A DNA stretch of 13,921 nucleotides from Nitrospirota bacterium (GTDB lineage Bacteria; Nitrospirota; UBA9217): positions 1 to 13,921 of the forward strand of contig CAWJQQ010000013.1 of NCBI GenBank assembly GCA_963845065.1, given 5' to 3'. The notes under the pieces are model-generated. The model was given only the letters and a program-made list of their open reading frames with translations, did not search any database and was not told the DNA's origin. A program made the position numbers and the translations under genes. Shown here one piece after another: positions 8,123 to 13,921 of the stretch (its first letter is position 1; every line of letters starts with the position of its first letter).

Positions 8123-8142
8123 GAGTCCGGCCCGGGGAGCCA
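8123..8142 (+). other. Orphan tRNA 3'-end fragment (tRNA-Asn-like), candidate att core
   Basis: GAGTCCGGCCCGGGGAGCCA reads as the 3' half of a T-loop, the T-stem, the acceptor strand and GCCA. The 5' tRNA body is absent and a terminator follows directly. Confidence 0.65.
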
Positions 8143-8147
8143 GAGCA

Positions 8148-8183
8148 AAAAAGGGTCAATTTCGCCAGAAATTTACCCTTTTT
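8148..8183. terminator. Bidirectional intrinsic terminator
   Basis: AAAAAGGGT-C-AATTTC-GCCA-GAAATT-T-ACCCTTTTT. Confidence 0.75.
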
Positions 8184-8333
8184 ACGTTTTATTCTTCGGT
8201 TATATTCTGGTGATTGGCTATCGAAGATTCGCCTAGCGCGATCGACGAGTATACACTTCATATAGTAATATGCATTTTTGTTGTTAGCTTCAGAATGTAA
8301 TCTTAATTTTTTTATACCACGATAAAATCTCAC

Positions 8334-8377
8334 CTCCATCCTGAAGGTGTGGAGTTTCCTTTCCTCGCAACAATCAA
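8334..8377 (-). mobile_element. Possible isolated IS200/IS605-family left end
   Basis: Minus strand TTGAT followed by TGTTGCGAGGAAAGGAAA and the imperfect hairpin CTCCACACC-TTCA-GGATGGAG. No tnpA or tnpB is seen downstream. Confidence 0.35.
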
Positions 8378-8431
8378 AACTACAACCGAAATTAAACACC
8401 TGATGCTACCCCTCTAATACGCTCCGGACGA

Positions 8432-8460
8432 TTGACATGCCACGGGATTCGGCATATAGT
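8432..8460 (+). promoter_or_regulatory. Near-consensus sigma70 promoter pointing into the cassette region (Pc-like)
   Basis: TTGACA (8432-8437), 17 nt, TATAGT (8455-8460). Confidence 0.75.
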
Positions 8461-8549
8461 CGAGTCATCGTACGGGATGGTCGCGGATCGGCTTCTCCGG
8501 AATCTGGATCGTGAAATACGGGGTGAGCCCTGGCGTAAACCTCGAAAAG

Positions 8550-8676
8550 TATATACCGGTAGATATACCGCAGGATTCTCGATAAGCTGAAAACCTATCT
8601 ACCAGTAGATACATCACAGATATATACGAGTAGATAGAAATATATACCGGTAGATAGCTCTATATACCTATAGATG
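8550..8676. repeat. Array of five 16-bp quasi-palindromes, consensus TAT(A/C)TACNNGTAGATA
   Basis: 8550 TATATACCGGTAGATA, 8596 TATCTACCAGTAGATA, 8621 TATATACGAGTAGATA, 8641 TATATACCGGTAGATA, 8661 TATATACCTATAGATG. Start-to-start spacing is 46, 25, 20 and 20 bp. Confidence 0.85.
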
Positions 8677-8689
8677 GCTGGTTCTTTAT

Positions 8690-8708
8690 AGTCAATAACA
8701 TGTTGGTA
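8690..8708 (+). other. Candidate integron attI-like crossover site (G/TTGGTA at 8702)
   Basis: AGTCAATAACAT-GTTGGTA lies between the repeat array and the attC-like sites. Its GTTGG is complementary to the CCAAC R'' boxes of both downstream attC-like sites. Confidence 0.45.
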
Positions 8709-8710
8709 TC

Positions 8711-8748
8711 TTCCAACCACACGCTCCAGACGGACAAGGCCGCTGAGC
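8711..8748 (+). other. Degenerate attC site (R' box missing)
   Basis: TTCCAAC as R'', then GCTC(C)AG at 8723-8729 pairing with CTGAGC at 8743-8748 with the typical extrahelical base. No GTT follows. Confidence 0.5.
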
Positions 8749-8781
8749 AGCTCAAAATAACAAAAAATGATTGGAGGCTAA

Positions 8782-9719
8782 ATGAGCATAACTCAGCCAA
8801 AGTGTTGGCTCATCAAAACAACTGAGGGCGGTTCCAAATTACATGATCACTGGGATAAATTCAAATCTGAAAACGTTGTTGCTGTAGGCTGGGATGTTAA
8901 AGCTGATCCGCTACTTTTCGACAGTCTTGGAGAATATCGTAGACATACGAAATTATCAGCTCACGCTGCTTCTACTATTTATAAATTTGCCCATGGCTTG
9001 AAGGAAGGTGACACTGCTATTATATGTCGCGGTATTGCGCCTAATCAAAAACAAGGTGTGTACGTTTATGGTATTGCCCGAATAGGATCATGCTTCTTTG
9101 ATAAAACATCTAAATGGTGGCACATCAAACGAGATGCATTCATAACCCCCCTTGAGCAAACAGTTCCATTAAGTATTTTTAAAACAAGTCTGAATATAGG
9201 CTCATCAATGCAGACACTGCAAGGTCCCTTTTCAGAAAAACAAATCACAGTATTTGCAAACAAGCTAGGCATATCTCTAACACCCAAACATAAAATAAGC
9301 AAAAGCACTCAGATTGCTGACGAAGTTAAGTCCAAAACTCGCGCAGCATCACATGGTGGTGGTTTTGGCTCTCCCGCAAACAACAAACAGATCGAGAAGC
9401 TGCTATGCGTTTCGTATCGCGCTGGTATCGCACAAACGGCTGGAAAGTCACAGATGTTAGCGCTCAATGTTTAGGCTATGATCTGCGATGCCTTAATGGC
9501 AGCAAGATATCTCATGTCGAAGTGAAAGGCTCTAGTGGCCTGAATCACCAATTCATAATTACTGCAAATGAGTTGAAAAAATGGCAAGATGATCCTTTGT
9601 TTGTTTTATCTCTAGTCATAAACATAAACAACAAACCCACGATGCATCAGTACGCTGGTGCTGGCGCGATGAAGTCCCTTCGCTTTACTGCGCTATCATA
9701 TATGGCAGTTTCAATCTAA
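8782..9719 (+). pseudogene. Frameshifted gene: N-terminal McrB-N/EVE-like domain plus C-terminal DUF3883-like PD-(D/E)XK nuclease, a gene cassette
   Basis: ORFs 8782-9474 and 9405-9719 join if one base is restored near 9397-9399, giving ...GGGFGSPANNKQIEK-AAMRFVSRWY..NGWKVTDVS...LGYDLRC......HVEVKG (312 aa). GGAGG RBS. The N-terminal WLIK...WDKF...VAVGW...F..GLKEGD pattern occurs in restriction-associated proteins. Confidence 0.75.
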
Positions 9720-9729
9720 TCGGACACGA

Positions 9730-9787
9730 ATCCAACCAGCGCGTCGAGTCCGCCGCGAAAAGCACGCGTCTCACCCGCATGTTATAA
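9730..9787 (+). other. Integron attC site (58 bp)
   Basis: R'' ATCCAAC (fits RYYYAAC) 10 bp after the stop codon. CGCGT(C)GAG at 9740-9748 pairs with CTCACCCG at 9770-9777 with an extrahelical base. R' is GTTATAA at 9781-9787. Confidence 0.72.
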
Positions 9788-10079
9788 TGTTACAACCGGT
9801 AGTTCACAGTAAATTTCACTTACTGCTTTAACATGTAGTAGGTGAATCTCGTACAGATTCTAATTTATTTGACGTGAGCACGCGGATGAAAATTATGGTA
9901 TGATATTCATTTTGAAGTCTGCGCCGTTTGTGCCATGAAGGAATTAAAGTTTTTTTTGGAGAAATATGCTTCAAGGATTTTTCCAAGCCCGCCTCCTTTA
10001 TGTTCGTCTTGAAACCTTTCACTTGAACACAACGCTAAAATGTGATAGTTTAAAGACATCGTCCATTCGCTGAGACCAA

Positions 10080-10339
10080 ATGGGAAAATACGAAAAGTTA
10101 CTTGAACAAATACTGCTCGGGAATTCCGACGCAAACGTCGATTTTGACGAATTGTGCCAACTGTTGCTCAAGTTGGGATTTGAAATACGCGTGCGCGGGA
10201 GCCATCATATCTTTAGGAAACAGGGTGTCGAAGAAAGGATCAACCTTCAGCGGGACGGCAGCAAGGCGAAAGTCTATCAAATCCATCAGTCCAATCGGTG
10301 ATTCTGCGATACAATTTGCGAGGTATAACCAATGGATAA
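10080..10339 (+). pseudogene. hicA: HicA-family mRNA interferase toxin, frameshifted near the 3' end
   Basis: LLLKLGFEIRVRGSHHIF motif. As given it stops at 10301. Restoring one G near 10289 gives ...YQIHQVQSVILRYNLRGITNG* (86 aa), whose stop overlaps the hicB start. Confidence 0.85.
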
Positions 10340-10543
10340 ATACGAAATCATCCTTTACTGGAGCGAAGAAGATAAGGTTTTCATCGCCGAAGTGCCCGAA
10401 TTGCCGGGGTGTCTGGCCCACGGAGATGCGCAGGAATCGGCTCTCGCCAATGCCAAGGAGGCAATCCGGTTATGGCTCGATACCGCGCGTGATTTGGAAA
10501 CCCCATTCCTGCACCGAAGGGTCAACGCCTGATGTATGCATGA
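10332..10543 (+). pseudogene. hicB: HicB-family antitoxin (short, no DNA-binding domain), frameshifted near the 3' end
   Basis: YEIILYWSEEDKVFIAEVPELPGCLAHG....AL.NAKEAI.LW. As given it stops at 10532. Restoring one T at 10493-10495 gives the family-typical tail DFGNPIPAPKGQRLMYA* (70 aa). Confidence 0.87.
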
Positions 10544-10573
10544 CGGCGTAGACGGTCAGAGAAAGATAGCACC

Positions 10574-10620
10574 AAGCCGGTTGAGGTGTATGAAAACACC
10601 TTTGGCCGGCTTTTCTTTTT
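10574..10620 (+). terminator. Intrinsic terminator after hicAB
   Basis: AAGCCGGTTGAGGTGT-ATGAAA-ACACCTTTGGCCGGCTT followed by TTCTTTTT. Confidence 0.8.
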
Positions 10621-11034
10621 GACGTTTTTAATGAAAAAATCGAAAGTCAAGGAGCAAGACTTGACCTACCAGGTCCCGTATTGTTAAAAGACTTCTGGAT
10701 ACATTTAAGGATCGATTATTTATCAGGACAACGATAGCATGCGTGGTCACGATTTGAAGGCTTCCTGTCAAGAGACCCGTCCCACCTCGTGGCGATAAAT
10801 ATATTAGCGGTGTGCCGCATAATGTATTGTTTGGACTTAGTGTCGTTGTGCGTTTGAAGGATTCTGCTCAAAATTGAGTTTTTCGCTTAAGACAGTTAAC
10901 ATCGCGTGAAGCGAAGGTTGTTGTTGGCGTCAGCCCGTTATGGTAACGAAATTTTCGATATCACGTGATACGTTGCAGGCTGTGTTCCCAGGACGGCGCC
11001 GCGCCCTTAATTCTATCAGGAGCGAACAGTCTTA

Positions 11035-13886
11035 ATGAAAATCCTCGAATACGCTACCTCGATGTCGCAAAGGTCAAGCGGCAGTACGAAAAAACCATCG
11101 ATTTCCTCTCAAAAGACAATTTCCGTTCGGCGGACGTGAAAAAACTGTCCGAACAAGGGTTGTATCGCGCAAAGCTCGACGACGCCAACCGCCTGTTGTT
11201 TAAAATCATGTCCTTTAACGGCGAGTGCTATGCGTTGATCCTCGAAACCGTATTGAACCACGCGTATGAGAAGTCGAAGTTCCTGCGAGGTGTTCAAATT
11301 GATGAGGCTAAGATTATGGCGGTCGATCAGGCGGAAAACGTTGTCGAGGATGCGCCGAAACTCCGGTATGTCAATTCCGGCTTGAAGCGATTTCATTTTC
11401 TGGACAAGGCGATCTCGTTTGATCCGGAGCAACAGGAGGTCTACCGGCTGTCCGCGCCGTTGATCATCATTGGGCCAGCGGGCAGCGGCAAGACAGCGCT
11501 TACGCTCGAAAAGATGAAGCGCCTGTACGGCAGGATTCTGTACGTCACGCTCTCCAAATATCTTGCGGACAACTCGCGCAGCCTGTACTATTCCCACCAT
11601 TATGAGAACGAGGAACAGGACTTGTCGTTTCTGTCATTCCGGGAGCTGATTGAGACCATGCGCATGCCCATCGGCAGAGAGGTGTCGTACCGGGCCTTCG
11701 CGGACTGGCTGTTCAGGATCCCCAGGCAGCAGCGGGTCTCGGACGCGCACCGGCTCTACGAGGAGTTCCGAGGCGTCCTGACCGGCTCGGTCGTGGATGC
11801 GCCGTGGCTCAGCAGAGAGGAGTATCTCGGCCTCGGGGTGAAGCAGTCCATCTTCCTCGACGAGGAGCGTGAACTCGTCTATACGCTTTTTGAGAAATAC
11901 CTGACCTGGCTTAAGGCAGCAGGCTTGTACGATCCGAACATCCTCGCGCATGGGTACCTTGCGCAAGCGCGGCCTGAGTACGATTTTATCGTCGTTGATG
12001 AGGTGCAGGACCTCACAAATATCCAGCTTCAGCTGATCCTGAAAGGCTTGAAGCGACCGGAGGACTTTATCCTCTGTGGCGATTCCAATCAGGTCGTGCA
12101 TCCGAATTTCTTTTCCTGGAGTGGCCTCAAGTCCATGCTGTACCTTTCCGAATCGCTCGAATCGGGCAAGGTAACGAGGATTCTCCAGTCGAATTTTAGG
12201 AACGCGGCGACTGTCACGGAGTTAGCGAACAAACTGCTCATGATCAAGCAGAAGCGTTTCGGCTCTATCGACCGCGAGACTAATTACCTCATGAACAGCG
12301 TGTCGGACACTGCCGGAGAGGTCGTGTTCGTGAAGGACACTGAACGAGCCAAACGCGAGCTTTCCCGGACCACGAGGAGGTCTACAAAGTACGCCGTGCT
12401 GGTCATGCGCGATGAGGACAAGGCCGCGGCCCGGCAGTTCTTCGACACCCCGCTCCTGTTCAGCATTCACGAGGCAAAAGGGTTGGAGTACGAGAATGTT
12501 ATTCTGATAAATTTCATAACCTTTGAGCGTAAAAGCTTTAACGAAATCGTCGAGGGAATCGGGGAGGAGGACCTCGCTGGCGACCTCGAATACCGGCGGG
12601 CCCGCGACAAGACGGACAAATCGCACGAAGTCTATAAGTTCTTCATCAACTCGCTGTATGTAGCCATCACGCGCGCGGTAAACCGGATCTTCCTGATCGA
12701 AGGCGATACGGGCCATCCGCTCATCTCTCTTCTCGGCTTTCAAAATGCGCGCGAAAACGTCGCGGTTGACGAGAAACAGTCAACTGTTGAGGAATGGCAG
12801 GCCGAGGCCAGGCGCCTCGAACAGCAGGGAAGGCAGGAGCAGGCCGACGAGATCAGGCGGAACATCCTGAAGACCCAGTCGGTGCCGTGGGAAATTTGCA
12901 CGCCAGGCTACGTCGAGAATTTACTCGTTCGCGCGCGGAACCCGAAGGATGTCTCTCAAAAGCCGCGGAAGGCTTTGTTCGAATATGCATTGTTTTACAA
13001 TGAGCCACGCCTGCTCGACCTGCTCAGGCAGTCGGGCTTCGACAAGGCGAAGCCGATGTATATCGGCGCTGGCGACGACCGGGAATTGAATAATTCGATC
13101 TATATCCAGCAGCGTGTGGGGCTGTATGCTCGGTATTTCGAGGAATACAGAGGAAAATTCTATCAGGGTATTCTGAAACAGTGCGAGACCTACGGCGTCG
13201 ATCACAGAACCATGTTCAATACGACACCGCTGATGCTGGCCGCTTCTGCGGGCAACGACTCGCTGGTCCGGGAACTACTCGCCCGAGGCGCGAATGCGGA
13301 ACTTACGGACAACTACGGCCGCACCGCATGGCAATTCGCGCTTGCGCGGGTGGCTCATGAGAAAAAGTATGCCGCCGAACAGTTTCCACGCGTGCATGAG
13401 CTTCTGGCGCCCGGAAGCGTTAGCCTCAAAGTTAAGGACCGTCTGATCAAAATCGACGCTAGCCAGGGCGAATATTTGTTGTATCAGCTCTTCTTCGCCC
13501 TTCTGCACGACCGGCTGAATTCCAGCCTGACCGACCGGGTTGCGCTCACCGCGGTCAAACTGGCGGAGATGATCGAGTCCCTGCCGGATGGCGTAAGCCC
13601 GGCATATCGCAGAAAACGACAGTACCTTTCGTCAATCCTGTCCAAGAATGAAATCGACAGCACTAATCCCTACGGACGCAAACTTTTTATAAGGCTAAGG
13701 ACAGGATATTATATTCTGAGCCCAAAACTCTCCGTGCTTCATAAAGACGAGTGGGTTACCCTGTATCGTTATGCAGGGCTTGATCTTTTGGAGAAATCGG
13801 CAATGGTTGTTGATGAACATTTCAAGGAGGTGGTTAGTGATCTCCACGCGTGGGAAAGCGAACCCGATGGTGCTCGGTCCGTGTAG
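11035..13886 (+). CDS. UvrD/Rep-like SF1 helicase with N-terminal RelE-like segment, ankyrin repeats and a C-terminal domain; probable 5' frameshift
   Basis: Walker A GPAGSGKT, VVDEVQD, CGDSNQ, QSNFRN, SIHEAKGLEYENV and LYVAITRA. Ankyrin TPLMLAASAGNDSLVRELLARGAN...DNYGRTAWQFA. AGGAG at 11018-11022 precedes ATG 11035 (MKILEYA), which joins the long frame if one base is restored near 11053-11057. The ORF-track start at GTG 10965 has no RBS. Confidence 0.88.
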
Positions 13887-13921
13887 TTGCAATGACAATA
13901 CCTTGCAAATTACCTCATTTC

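Noticed and set aside
8123..8142. Complete tRNA genes at 599, 4215 or 8123
   Set aside because: Only 3' ends are present. There is no D-arm, anticodon arm or complete GTTCRA T-loop upstream.
8106..8399. 97-aa minus ORF as an integron integrase remnant
   Set aside because: No tyrosine-recombinase motifs, and it runs through a terminator and the tRNA fragment.
8550..8676. CRISPR array
   Set aside because: Repeats are only 16 bp with gaps of 4-30 bp, too short and irregular, and no cas genes are present.
9790..10075. A second intact gene cassette after the attC
   Set aside because: Only short interrupted frames on both strands, and no closing attC was recognised.
10102..10551. 149-aa + ORF and 107-aa minus ORF over hicAB
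   Set aside because: Alternate frames of the clearly recognisable HicA and HicB sequences.
10645..10790. REP-like fragments GCAAGACTTGACC and GAGACCCGTCCC
   Set aside because: Single half-sites with no proper inverted partner and no RAYT gene in the window.
10816..10942. Long attC from GCATAAT to GTTATGG upstream of the helicase
   Set aside because: R'' lacks the invariant AAC and I found no convincing L-box pairing.
11109..13898. Minus-strand and alternate-frame ORFs within the helicase gene
   Set aside because: Shadow ORFs with no motifs. The + strand helicase frame explains the region.

Overview
Bacterial window with two parts. The left part (665-4017) holds ordinary genes: an operon of a TPR-like lipoprotein and a membrane class III adenylate cyclase (sensor-HAMP-cyclase-PilZ), plus an Ada-like O6-methylguanine methyltransferase. 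At the far left is a stop-interrupted IS110-family recombinase with a structured upstream non-coding region, a bridge-RNA candidate. From about 4215 onward the DNA looks like a decayed accessory/defence island. It carries orphan tRNA 3'-end fragments (att-like), integrase arm-type repeats, a 175-bp MITE with an 8-bp target duplication and a SWIM-SNF2 ATPase. It also carries an integron-like platform with no visible integrase: a strong promoter, five copies of a 16-bp palindrome, an attI-like site and two attC-like sites around a DUF3883-like nuclease cassette. A hicAB pair and a RelE-like/SF1 helicase/ankyrin fusion follow. Four consecutive genes (8782-13886) each appear broken by a single 1-nt deletion, which is either assembly error or decay. 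All family calls come from motif recognition by eye, not from database searches.
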